Source of the DNA: Elsinoe ampelina | Taxonomy: Eukaryota | Direction: 5' to 3' | Assembly: GCA_010093995.1 (NCBI GenBank) | Contig: ML992517.1 | Coordinates: forward strand, 200,677 to 264,676 | Length of the DNA stretch: 64,000 bases | Position numbers and translations under genes: made by a program | The notes under the pieces: generated by a model | Databases searched by the model: none | Told to the model about the DNA's origin: nothing | The model's input: only the letters and a program-made list of their open reading frames with translations | In this document: positions 24,638 through 36,182 of the stretch, piece after piece | How the letters are laid out: every line of letters begins with the position of its first letter | How positions within the stretch are numbered: position 1 is the first letter of the stretch

Positions 24638-26926
24638 GGTGGTCCTCGAGGATGTATGCGATTATCGCGCCATTGAAGGAGTGAAATGGGCACTTTCAAC
24701 ACTTGCGGTACAGCAAAAGCTCAGCATACAAGGTTTGTATTGTACATAGAAGAAGAAATGTCGTACCAATGTGGTCATTTCAGAAGCTCCGCGTCAGTCC
24801 AAGGTGGAAGGGTTCAAGGTTGAGATCCGCGGCAAAGTCGGCCCGAGAATCCGAAAAGGAACAGACGACATCTTCTGAGCAAAAAGAGGCACCTTTCTAT
24901 CAAGAAGGTGCTAATCTGAGGAGATACTCATCATCATTTGAAAGTACTTTCATCACGGGTAGTCGATAGCAGGGATCTCGAGTGCGGAGAGACCGAGCAT
25001 GGAAACTCGATGAATATGATGTAGACTTTGTGGGTGGCAAATGGCTCATGGCCTCCTTCTGTCTGACGACATGCGTTTGGTGGCAAGATCCGCTCACTCG
25101 GCCTATCTCACGATGGACCTTGGTATCTGGCTGGCTGCCTGACATGGTAAGCCCAACCAGCTGGTAGTTGCAGTCTTTGTAACGGCAGTCCAATCCCCGA
25201 CCTTGGCGATGTCAAGGGCTGTTGATGGAGCTGGGCAGCTCTTCCTTGGAAGCTGTCCCTTCTGACGGGGCCACTCATGCCAAGGCTAACGCCCAATGCA
25301 GATGATCAGGTGTGTTGCTGACCAAGACTTAGCGCTGCACGCACTGGGACCTGACCTGTGCGTAGTTCAATCATTCAGATCTCACACATCCTGTATCTAG
25401 TCCATCATGCCTTGAGTTTGCTCACCATGCACCATGCATACACTTACCCAAATCGCATTCTTAGTATACTTATCCTCCATCGCATGTTGCGTCGCAGCTG
25501 ATATGATTCAGGGCGGAGAAAGAGCTTCGAGACGTACTGCCGCCATGAACATGACGTGTTCTGTGCAGTGCTCGAAAGCATGATCATTGAGAAAATACCT
25601 GATGAAATCTTGCCGTGGCAACGGAAGGCCTGTCAATGGGATCACTTGCTATGCACGGGACGTGCAGGTCCTGACGATGTAGAGGCAGTCTCTCTGGAAA
25701 GGTCCAACCCCAATCGACATGTACCGTCGCCCCGATTGCCAGCTCTTGTGTCCGTAGTATGCTGCTTCGGCCTCTTGAGTCCAGTGATCGTGTGCGAGTG
25801 TGCCTATGCCCCTGATGATCATCAACCAATCAGGACCATCTCCCCACTCCGCAGCCCGTCCAGATCAGCCATGAAGTTCTTCGAAGAAGGAAGGTCCTGG
25901 AGTCGATACACCGATGGCCAGCTGTGAAGCTGACCGACATGCCTTGATCCTCGCCAGTGGCTGGATATCAGGCTGTCGAAATTCGCGCCACGCCAGGGGA
26001 TAGCCCTGACGCTCTTGGTAGCTCATGTGGTGTACTGCTGGGCATGACGGAATGGGATTGGCTTCTCTCTAATGGATTGATGGTGCGCAATCCAGGTGGG
26101 AGTTGAGTCTCTTGTTATTACTGGAGCTTGGTGCAAAGTTCGACATGCTGAGAGATCTCAATCCTTGTTTGGCATAGCTCTTTCGATGTCTGCCCAGTGA
26201 TACCAGCAAGCGCAAAGGGTATCCCCTACAATAGAGATCAAGGACAGTCCTGCAGCGATGGACATTGCTTCGGGAAGATCTGATGGTCGACTTCACTCGG
26301 TGTGGCTGACAGACCTGTGACCATTTGTGGATTTAGCCATACTCGTCAGGTCGTCGGTGAGTACTGGGAATTGTTTACTGAATTAATGCTGACAATCTTC
26401 ACGGCAGACATGTATGATCTAGTCTCGGATAGTCATGACCTCGTCTACTCTTGCCGCGTTTGACACGTGCGTGTCGGTGGAAGACGGATGGTGAGCTGGC
26501 AGCCTCGACAATGTCTACATGTGCTGGTAAACAGTATGCGCTGGCAGTAAACAAAACAAGGATTACCAGGCGACCACATCTCTCGACAGTCGCGTTCCGA
26601 AATCTCATCATTTGAGAAAGACTACACCTTGTATAACGAACAAGTTTTTTGAAGTATAGAAAGGTGACCATCTCTTAATCGCCACTGAAGCCAAGAGATG
26701 AAGAGAGTAAGTAAAGCCGGCAAGCGCCCACAATGGCAGCTTCACAATTTTTGCCAATTCCCTCCTTCTTCAGAAAACACTTTCCGAACAATCCAAGAGC
26801 AAATCATCACAAAAAAACATCCAATACCACCTTGAATCATCAATTGGCCATCAATTGGCAATCTATCGGTATTCAATTGCCTTCTCCGAGCTTCATGAGA
26901 CATCCATTGTTGACACATCAATAGCA

Positions 26927-29602
26927 ATGGCAGACTCCAGCCCAGAAGGGTCTCCCACTCCTCGCAAGACTCCTTTCGACGGTGGTGTCTTTCTCAACAA
27001 GGGCAAGGGAAAGGCGGCAGCGACCTCCCCTCAGGTATGGCACAATAGACATCAATGTTGAAAAGACCCGACTAACACATTCGCACAGGATATCGTCCAT
27101 CCCACCTTGGGCAACGACGAGCCTACCAAACTTGGTGATAGCTTCAGCTTGGTCAACAAGGCCTTTGACCATAAGGGCAAGGTCAGGATTCCATTCTTTG
27201 GGAGATCTCACTGGCCTTTCGAGAAGACTGACACATTTTCACAGAAGCCTGCTTTCCTCACATTGCAACCATACAACTCCAACAATTGCTCTCCAAACGA
27301 CCTCGACAGCTCTACTAACCCTGCGCTGCTCGCTGCTGCTTCTGGCTCTTTCAGCGTTGCATCCGGCAAGACCTCAAGTACTGACGATCTCTCAGCTGGT
27401 GCAGCATCATCATCCCTCACATCGTCCACCGATGGGTTCAACGACCGTGGTTCAATCAGCACCACACCCAGCAGCGATGATGGTCCACAGATGCAGATCC
27501 TCACCCGCAAGTTCAACTTGACCAAGCTCGACCCCATTCTCGACATGTCCGACAAGAGTCAAGCCTTTTCAACTTCAGACTATGAGTACGTCGCAGCACC
27601 AGCCAAAGGCTTGGGCATCTCCACAGGTCCATTCGACAAGGTCCAGGAGCACGACTTCGCCCAGTTCACGCCTTCAACCATCTTCACTCCATCGTCCACC
27701 GTTTTCACGCCCCACTCAGCGGACTTCACCCCAGCCGCCAAGGGTCCATGGAACCACAATGGCCGTGGTAATCCAAGCTTGATGCATAGGAGCATTCCCG
27801 AGATGGGTCCTAAGAGCACTCTTCTCCCACAGATGCCCTTCAACGGTCCCGGCATCATCGGTCAGCCACCCAGCTCTTCATACCGCTTCAACAACATGGG
27901 CAACCAGTACCATCACTTCCAGTCGGCTCCCTACACCCAGCCCATTCCTCAGAGCCACTTTCCTCGCTCCACTAAGAGTGGATTTCGTGGCAAGAAGTAC
28001 GGTTGGGGCTTTCCTGGTAAATTCTACGATCGCCGCTCGAACGATGGATACGAGTCTGGTCCATCCTCTCGCTCCATGACTCCTGCCTTTGGGTCGCTCC
28101 CACACTCACTGGCATCCTCCAATGTCAGCCTCCCAGGCATGAGCTCGGGTTATCTCGCACCCAGTCTCAGGTCCCAGAGCTCCAGCAACCTCAGCGCTAC
28201 AGCTCCAGAGTTCAACACTGGTTCCTTTGATAACTTCAATGATCCATCTCCCTGGAACGATCGTGTAAGTATCCTGCTCCTGCAAAGGTGACCTCACTGA
28301 CACACTTTCAGCCTCGCGAGACTCACAATCAGAACTATGTCAACCCCCATGAGCCCCTCAACTACCGCCGCTTGGCCGAGAGGAACATGACCACGGACTG
28401 GAAGATGGTTGTTGACAAGATCGTCTGCGGCAACGACCAACAGGCATCTCTCTTCCTCCAGCAGAAGATCAAGAACGGCGAGCCAGATCAGAAGCAAGAG
28501 ATCATTGACATCATCATCAGTCAGGGCGTCCCTCTCATGGCCAACCGCTTCGGCAACTTCCTTGTCCAGCGCTGCATGGAACACGGCAGTCCTGAGAACA
28601 TCAACGACATCGCTGAGCGTATCATTGGCCACACTGTTAATCTCAGCATGGACACTTTCGGCTGCCACGTCGTTCAAAAGGCTTTCGACTTCGCCTCCGA
28701 CCGTCAGAAGCGCATTATGGTCCACGAACTGGTCGGCGCCGTCCAGACTACCATCATTCATCGCTATGCTTGTCATGTCTGGCAGAAGTTGTTCGAGCTC
28801 AAGTGGGATGGTCCACGTCCTCCTATCATGGTATTCGTCAACGATGCTCTCAAGGGGATGTGGCATGAAGTTGCCCTCGGGGAGACTGGCAGTCTGGTTG
28901 TCCAGAACATCTTTGAGAACTGTCCTGAGCATGAAAAGGTTCGTTGCTCTCTCTGCCACTTGTCCAAACTAATGCATCCCAGCGTCCTTGCATCGAGGAA
29001 GTCCTCCAGCAGATCAGCGCTATCACTACCGGTCAGTTCGGTAACTGGTGCATTCAGCATGTCTGTGAGCATGGTGCTCCTCCCGACAAGAGCCGTGCTA
29101 TCGACCATATTCTCATGTTCGCCACTGGATATTCTCAGGATCAGTTCGGTTCCAAGGTTGTCGAGAAGTGCCTCAAGGTCTGCGGCAATGACTTTTTGGA
29201 TCGCTACCTCGAGCGTGTCTGCGCCTACCGTCAGGATGTCCCTCGCATGGATCTCATTGATAGTAATTTTGTCATCCCCGAACTCCATTCGCTCTCTAAC
29301 ATGTTACAGTTGCTGGCGATCAGTATGGCAACTACCTCATCCAGCACATCCTTCAGCATGCAGACCCTACCCGCAAGGAGATCGTCGCCGGTCATATCCG
29401 CAGGCACATGGTCTCCCTCCGCGGCTCCAAGTACGGCTCTCGCGTTGCCATGCTGTGCACCCAGGGTGGCCATAGCAACCGATACAACCATGGCGGCTCT
29501 TCAACTCTGGATCGTGCTCCTGGTGGCGCTATCGGTGATGCCTACCAGCGTACTGGTCCTTGGGGTCTTCCTCGTCAGGGCAACTACCGTGGCAGCTACT
29601 AA
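26927..29602 (+). CDS. Pumilio/PUF-repeat RNA-binding protein, 5 exons
   Basis: PUF repeats ANRFGNFLVQRCME, MDTFGCHVVQKAFD, HRYACHVWQKLFE, GETGSLVVQNIFE, GQFGNWCIQHVCE, DQFGSKVVEKCLK, DQYGNYLIQHIL, SKYGSRVA. Introns about 27035-27088, 28265-28311, 28939-28982 and 29263-29309. Confidence 0.93.
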
Positions 29603-30960
29603 GCTTGTCACACCCCGGAAAGCAGCTTGATATATCCATGCACGGTTTATCATCAGCGACAGCTATTGCCTGCATTTCCTCACCAAAATTTGATTTTCTG
29701 CGCAATGTTTTTCACAGATCGGATCAGCCATGGAGGGCAAGTTGGCCCTCTTGCCAGTACGCTCAGGAAACTGGCCTTGGATCCTCCGTCTGAATGTCGG
29801 GTATCGTCAAGGAGGTGGACCTCGTATGGTTAGACAAGTTTAATCCAAAGATCAAATCGTGGCTCGAGATGGATAGATAGCATGCATATTGCGTGGTAGT
29901 CTAGTCAATCAAGAGTGATTAAACCTGATGACATATCTCGTAGAGCTTGTGAGATGTCCGTGAAATACTTGGTGCTGTCTTGACTTTGGTAGCAGCGTGG
30001 TTTGCCTCGTCCAGATGTGGCAAAAATTATGCCGTCACATGATGAAGTGTTGGCATCTCCAAGTATATAGGGGTTTCGTTTGTAGCGGTTATCGCGTTAC
30101 GGATGCTCAGTACATACGACGGCTCCACCTCGTGATCCGATATCAGAGGCAAGCTGAAAGCTGTCCTCTACTGTGTGGGATCTATCCTACCACGTCCCCA
30201 CCACCCTTTCAAGCAAGACTGCCTCCTTTGCGTTCTCGAATCCGCTGACACTTTGTCTCATCTGCATACTTCACAGTACCCGTTGCGACTTTCTGGCTTC
30301 CCAGTCCTGCATTATCCCAAAGCTCGTCCGGAGCAAGGCAGTGGTCGTGATGCGTACCTAGTCTCTGGATGAGGCCTGGGCTTCACAAGCGGCACTCCTC
30401 TGGTCGATCTGGTGGGTAGGGTGGGGGACCTTGTCTCAGGATGCGCGGAGGGCTGAAGTGGACTGCACTTTGGTCTGCAAAGACTCTGGAAGTCGATCCG
30501 GTGGAGGTAGACTTGCGTCTCGGTCGTTTGGTGATCGCTTTGGACGGCATCGGGGTGGTGGTTGGATCACGCCGCGGGTGTGTGGTAGGTAGAGCGGGTA
30601 TATGGTGGGCAGAAGAGCGGGGGCGTGTGGGATGGGGGTTAGTGTCCGTCGAGAGTGGGATAGGTGGCGTTGATTTCTCGGCCATGATGCTGAGCATTGG
30701 GCTGGAGGATCGAGATGATCTTGGAGTCCGGAGGATCGAGGACTGTTTTGGCTCGACGAGATCGGTCCGGCGGGACTGAGTTGATGAGGAGGAAAGATGG
30801 CTGGGGAGGGGGAAGTGGGCAGTTTAGCAGTGTTGAAAAGGCATTCCTTGCGAAGGGGGCCATGCGGAAAGATGATGGTGAGCCTGCGCAGGACCTTCGA
30901 GATCATGTCTTGCATTCGTGACGGGATCCATCTCGTTCCTATGGTAGACCAGAATGCACC

Positions 30961-32895
30961 TCATTCACGCCTCCCGGTGACAGACACCAACCACTCCTGC
31001 ATGCGCTCCAGATCACTCCGAGGCAAGTCCTTCCACCTCTCCACATCATACAACCCCTCCAACTCTTTCACCATCCCCTTCATTCTCTTGACCACAGCCT
31101 TCTTGCTCCCACCAACACTCCGCACCAACCTCTCCGCCTTCTCCGCAATCTCTTTCCTCTTCCTCCTCGACTCCCCTCCATCTGACCTCTCCGCTTCACA
31201 AAGCGAGCAGGTACACCTGAAACCCCATGTCCGCTGCAGCTCAGCTTCCCTCTCTTCCAGGTCTCCTTGGACATATGGATGGAGCACCTCGACGCCTTCG
31301 TCCAGATCGTTCAAGGCAGTAAGGACAAGCAGATCGCCGAGCATTTCCCTCTTGACGTTGGAAAGGCAAGAGTGGTTCGCGTGGCTGGCTATGGTCCACA
31401 GTCCAGTGGCGGCCGTTCTTGGATCTTCTAGAGCGGACAAGGAAGTCGTGCTTGCGAAGGCGTTCTTGCCTACGATATCAGCTATTTGGAAGGCGTCGAC
31501 CACCAATTCTCCACGCTCGTCCGAGACTGGGTCCGGTCCGAGGCCTGGGTAGGAAGAGTACAGTCCTAGTACTTTTGGCGCCAAGGAGGGATTGTTGCGC
31601 AACTTGGTCATGACTCCTTGATTTAGTCCTGCGGGAATGGCACACATCTCTTCGTCAGATGGGGATGTAGAGAGACCAGTCCAGGCGCCGTTACCAGCGT
31701 GTGAGAAGTGAAATGCTTTCTCCACGAGCACGATCCCGCCTGCGGGGACGCTTTTTGAGACAAATAGACCATTGCCACCTAGTTTCGAGGGCTGGATCAC
31801 GACATTCTGGGAGAAAGTAGCTGCCTCTACGGTAGGGCGGGAGGCGGAGAGGCGAGATCGGATGGTCGAAAGGTTGAAGTCGCCGGCGACTTGCTCCTCG
31901 AGGCGGGAGATGGTGGCGCGCAGGTGAGCCTTGACTTCTTTAGCGAATGGGCTGGCGGGAGATATGGCGAGGGAAGTGGTGAGATAATGCTTTGCCTGGG
32001 TATAATCGCCAAGATGGTAGCATGCGAGTCCGGCTCGTAAGTATGCCTTGCTGTCGAGGAGGGCATAATCGCCGTTTCCAACAGAGATCAGAGAGGCGAG
32101 AGCGTCGGAGAGTGCTTCGTCGTATCGATGGAGTAGGAGATTGAGATGAGAGCGGTTGCGGTAGATGTCCATGGCGAGTGAAGGGCGAGGAACGACTTTG
32201 GTCGTCGCTTCGATACCCCAAGTGTAGTGCTGATATGCCTCCCGAAAAGAAGACTCCTTCATAGCTTGGTTGCCAGTTTGCTTGCATTGGTCGGCGACGT
32301 GGTCTGCGTCCAAACCAAGAGACTCGATCTCCAGGTCCTTTCTGACGCAAGTAAGGTCCGAGGGATGGTGGACATGGATACAGGCTTCACCCTGGTAGTT
32401 GAGTCTGAAGAGGGGCTCTTTGACAAGGTACTGGTCGCACGAGTCGAGCACATCGGTACCGAGTGTGTCATGGTGCAAGTAGACTTCCAGACGTTCGACC
32501 TCACCTGCATCATCTTCAACGACAGTCCAGGAGAAATCTCTGTTCGTTATGACAGGGCCGACGCGATGAAGCCGTAGTACGCTGCCTTTATGATGTGTTG
32601 CGATCCTAAGACTCTCCAAGGAGATAGGCCGGAGATCCTGCAGCTTCGCAGTGCTTGGTGGATATGGTTGAGGAAAGACAAGCAGGGGAGGTGAGGTCGA
32701 CTGCTCGGCAGGAGCCATGTCAGCCAGCAAAGATATCTGTGTCGCTGAGCTGATCACATCGCGGCGGTCTCTGGGTTCTCTCTTTCGCCCTGACAGTTCT
32801 TGTCGTTGTTTCTCGGCTTTCTTGAGGGATGCAAGCTGCTTCGAAGAGTCTCCGTCCGTGGAGCGAAGCATCAATCCGCGGTCGGAAGATGTCAT
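30961..32895 (-). CDS. TPR + SET domain protein (putative lysine methyltransferase)
   Basis: TPRs (KQTGNQAMKE...YRNRSHLNLLLHRYDEAL...KAYLRAGLACYHLGDY), SET motifs GNGLFVSKSVPAGGIVLVEKA and ASHANHSCLSNV...EVLHPY, post-SET WGFRCTCSLC. Confidence 0.9.
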   Translation of the reverse strand: MTSSDRGLMLRSTDGDSSKQLASLKKAEKQRQELSGRKREPRDRRDVISSATQISLLADMAPAEQSTSPPLLVFPQPYPPSTAKLQDLRPISLESLRIATHHKGSVLRLHRVGPVITNRDFSWTVVEDDAGEVERLEVYLHHDTLGTDVLDSCDQYLVKEPLFRLNYQGEACIHVHHPSDLTCVRKDLEIESLGLDADHVADQCKQTGNQAMKESSFREAYQHYTWGIEATTKVVPRPSLAMDIYRNRSHLNLLLHRYDEALSDALASLISVGNGDYALLDSKAYLRAGLACYHLGDYTQAKHYLTTSLAISPASPFAKEVKAHLRATISRLEEQVAGDFNLSTIRSRLSASRPTVEAATFSQNVVIQPSKLGGNGLFVSKSVPAGGIVLVEKAFHFSHAGNGAWTGLSTSPSDEEMCAIPAGLNQGVMTKLRNNPSLAPKVLGLYSSYPGLGPDPVSDERGELVVDAFQIADIVGKNAFASTTSLSALEDPRTAATGLWTIASHANHSCLSNVKREMLGDLLVLTALNDLDEGVEVLHPYVQGDLEEREAELQRTWGFRCTCSLCEAERSDGGESRRKRKEIAEKAERLVRSVGGSKKAVVKRMKGMVKELEGLYDVERWKDLPRSDLERMQEWLVSVTGRRE

Positions 32896-34073
32896 GTTGC
32901 CGATTCGCTTGGCTTGTAGATCTAATTGCTGACTGTCTTGCAGCTCCCACCTGAGAGCGTCTTCGAAACCTACAGATATACAAAGCTATAGACTCACCAT
33001 TGATATATTGGGGAGCTTCATGGGCCATATTTATGAAGATCAAGCAGTGTCAGATCGAGTAAGCACTTATCTCTCTGGGGCCGAAGACCCGGGAGCGCCA
33101 TCCTAAAAATGACATGTTGGTGGATGTTGCCTCATCGAATCTCGCCACCGAGATGAAGTAGGCCGCATGCTGTTGTCCAGCGCAGGAAAATCATTTCCGA
33201 CCGCCTCGCGCCAAAGCACGATGCAGGGTGTAGCGGCGACAACGTTGAGTGAAGCAGATTGTGGTATGCGGTGACTGTTTCGGGAATGACGGCCAACTCA
33301 TTGGACGCCTGAGACGGTACTTTGATAGCGACATGTAGCGCGAGCATACACAGCGAGAGTCTACACTCTAATTATGAATCGTACTCAGACAAATCATTGA
33401 CCAGAGTCAGTGAATGTCCAGCGAAGTTGGTGCTTTCGTTGCTTGTGGTTCTTCCTGGTTCGCTCTGATGATGTCGGCCTGCACTCAACGTCCGATGTCG
33501 GCCCGTACTCAACGTCGTGTCTCGGATCCCACACTGTCGGACATTTTATTCCATTCATGATGTATCTCATGATAATTAGCGTCTCTGTGTTCTCATGGTC
33601 GCCACACATAATGGCACATGCTGCTAATTTGAAGCCGCTCCGTTGCAACATTGGTCACTACTACATTCTAAGCGTGGCAGTATCGCCCAGTGGTCAATCG
33701 GGGTGCATCTGTTGATCTGGTCTTTATTCGTCGCAGATACTGATACAGGACTGCTTGATATCACATCAAAAGTTGATAGACAGCAAGAAGCGACCTCGGT
33801 GAGATATCAAAAGACCGAACCGCCCTGCACGATGTCACTTTTCGCCCTTTTTCGCACGCGGAAGGAAACCGCTTTTGCCGATCACTTCGGCCTCTTCGCC
33901 GATCCTGCTGGATTTCCGGCCGTGAATCATTCACATTATTTTCTTTTAATCATGTCTCTGCCCCAGATTCTGGAGCGTGACAATTTACCAGTATTCCGAA
34001 CAGAGGTTGTTATTGAATGAAGTCCTTGGCAACCCTTGAGTCAGGGCAATTCGATTATCGATCAGCATGCATC

Positions 34074-35654
34074 ATGGACAGAGAAGGTAATACCCCACAC
34101 TCCACAAACCCCACGGACATGCCACCAAGCGACTTATCGCATCCCACTGAGGTGGTGGAACAACCGCCTCGGGATGTAGAGAAGCAGCAACCTCTTCAAG
34201 ACACAAGACCCAACGATCTCGCGCCAGTGTCCTCTCATGTATCCGGACACGATGTTGCTCACTTTCACTGGGAAACCGGAGATGAGATCTACGACAAATT
34301 CTCTTCCAAACGAAAAATCGTCATCGTATCGGTACTCAGCTTCTGCTCTTTTCTGGCGCCAGTGAGCTCCACGACGGTCCTTGCCGCAGTACCGGAAGTC
34401 GCCAGCACATACTCGACCACCGGTACAATCATCAATATTTCCAATGCCTTGTACCAACTCTTCATGGGTCTTTCTCCCATCTTCTGGGGACCGATGGGAC
34501 AAGCTTACGGCCGACGCTGGACGCAGCTCTTCTCAGCTATCCTGTTCACTGGCTTCTCGATAGGCACAGCCCTCGCTCCAAATCTGGTCAGCTTCTTTGT
34601 CTTCCGTATCCTGACGGCCTTTCAAGGGACAGCCTTTCTCATCATCGGCTCATCGTGCATTGGCGACATCTACCGACCGACTGAGCGCGCCACCGCACTG
34701 TCATGGTTCCTTTCTGGCACGCTGATCGGACCTGCCTTTGGACCTTTCCTCGGCGGTGTGATAGTCACGTACAAACCCTGGCAAGACATCTTCTGGCTCC
34801 AGACTGGTATCGCTGGAGCTGCGACAGTCCTGGTCTTTTTCTTCCTCCCGGAGACGATACACTACAAGAAGAGCCAAGAGCTGAAAGGACTTACCCCGAA
34901 GCAAAAGTTGAGCAAGTTCTGGGAGTGGATGAATCCTCTGCGGGTCGTCTCACTTTATAAGTTTCCGAACCTTGCTTTGGCTGGATTTGCTACTGGTGCT
35001 CTTGTCTGGAACATGTATTCGCTGCTCACTCCGATCCGTTATGTTCTCAACCCGAGATTCAACCTTTCGACGCCGATGCAGAGCGGTCTCTTCTACATCG
35101 CTCCCGGGTGTGGATACCTACTCGGTACTTTCTTCGGGGGCCGCTGGGCAGATCATACTGTCAAGAAGTGGATCGGGAAAAGATCCGGATCGAGAGTGCC
35201 AGAGGACAGGTTGAAGAGCTGTCTCATTGCGCTCGGAGTGGTCATGCCTGGATGCATGCTCGTATATGGCTGGACGGTGGAGAAGAAAGTCGGAGGCATT
35301 CCAGTCCCTGTCATTGCCATGTTTGTTCAGGGTATCGCTCAACTGTTCTGTTTCCCGAGTCTTAACACATACTGCCTGGACGTCATGCAGAAGAGGAGTG
35401 CAGAAGTCGTAGCTGGCAACTACGTCTCGAGGTACATGTTCGGATGCATTGGTTCGGCTGTGGTACTGCCGTTCATCGAGCAAGCAGGTGTCGGTTGGTT
35501 CAGCACGCTGAGTGCCGGTCTATTGGTTGCCTCAGCTGTAGGCGTCTGGGCTATCACGATATGGGGCCAGAAGTGGCGAGAAGCAGTCATTGCCAGAGAG
35601 GAGAGGCAAGCGGAACAGCAACAGTCTGTTCAGAACACTACTAGAAAAGCATAA
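34074..35654 (+). CDS. MFS transporter, DHA1 (drug:H+ antiporter) family
   Basis: About 12 hydrophobic segments; WGPMGQAYGRR, IGDIYRPTERATALSWFLSGTLIGPAFGPFLGG, FFFLPET, PEDRL. Single exon. Confidence 0.93.
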   Translation: MDREGNTPHSTNPTDMPPSDLSHPTEVVEQPPRDVEKQQPLQDTRPNDLAPVSSHVSGHDVAHFHWETGDEIYDKFSSKRKIVIVSVLSFCSFLAPVSSTTVLAAVPEVASTYSTTGTIINISNALYQLFMGLSPIFWGPMGQAYGRRWTQLFSAILFTGFSIGTALAPNLVSFFVFRILTAFQGTAFLIIGSSCIGDIYRPTERATALSWFLSGTLIGPAFGPFLGGVIVTYKPWQDIFWLQTGIAGAATVLVFFFLPETIHYKKSQELKGLTPKQKLSKFWEWMNPLRVVSLYKFPNLALAGFATGALVWNMYSLLTPIRYVLNPRFNLSTPMQSGLFYIAPGCGYLLGTFFGGRWADHTVKKWIGKRSGSRVPEDRLKSCLIALGVVMPGCMLVYGWTVEKKVGGIPVPVIAMFVQGIAQLFCFPSLNTYCLDVMQKRSAEVVAGNYVSRYMFGCIGSAVVLPFIEQAGVGWFSTLSAGLLVASAVGVWAITIWGQKWREAVIAREERQAEQQQSVQNTTRKA

Positions 35655-36182
35655 CGAGCGCATGGAAAGGACACAGTAGACTAGACATGACTTACGAATG
35701 ACGACCGCGTCGCGTTCTCGGGTATATATATACACAAATACCAATAGATCTCAATACCATCAGATTACATGTCACGTAGGGTGCTTGTGTCATACCACCA
35801 GACACATGAAGACCGCCACATGTCGAAAAATTTGCTAGATTGTTGCGTCGTTGGTAAGGAACAGAGAATCATCGGCAGAGCCTCCTTCGCTCCAGCTACG
35901 GCGCTGTCCATCTAGAATTCGTAGCAGAGGCCAGAGAGGTAGAGAAAAGGATCTCTCTTTCCTACAATAATGAATCCATATGAGTATAATGAGAAGAAAA
36001 AAGAGACGGTCCGCTCGAGCTGAATTTTGATGTCCTATGCGGCTCTGCGGATCGTCAACCAATCAAATCCCCCGCGAATCAGCAGTTGTATCAAAGCTCA
36101 AGAATCAACCGCATCATCTCCCACACCTTCCTACCACCCCTCGCCCCTCAACCCATTGCAACTTGTCGACCACCTGCCCACA

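Noticed and set aside
24700..26900. Short ORFs, and repeated CAATTG motifs at about 26840-26880
   Set aside because: No coherent gene model; the motifs are too short to support a regulatory call.
33470..33517. 24-bp tandem duplication GATGTCGGCC(T/C)G(C/T)ACTCAACGTC
   Set aside because: Only two copies in intergenic DNA, with no functional evidence.
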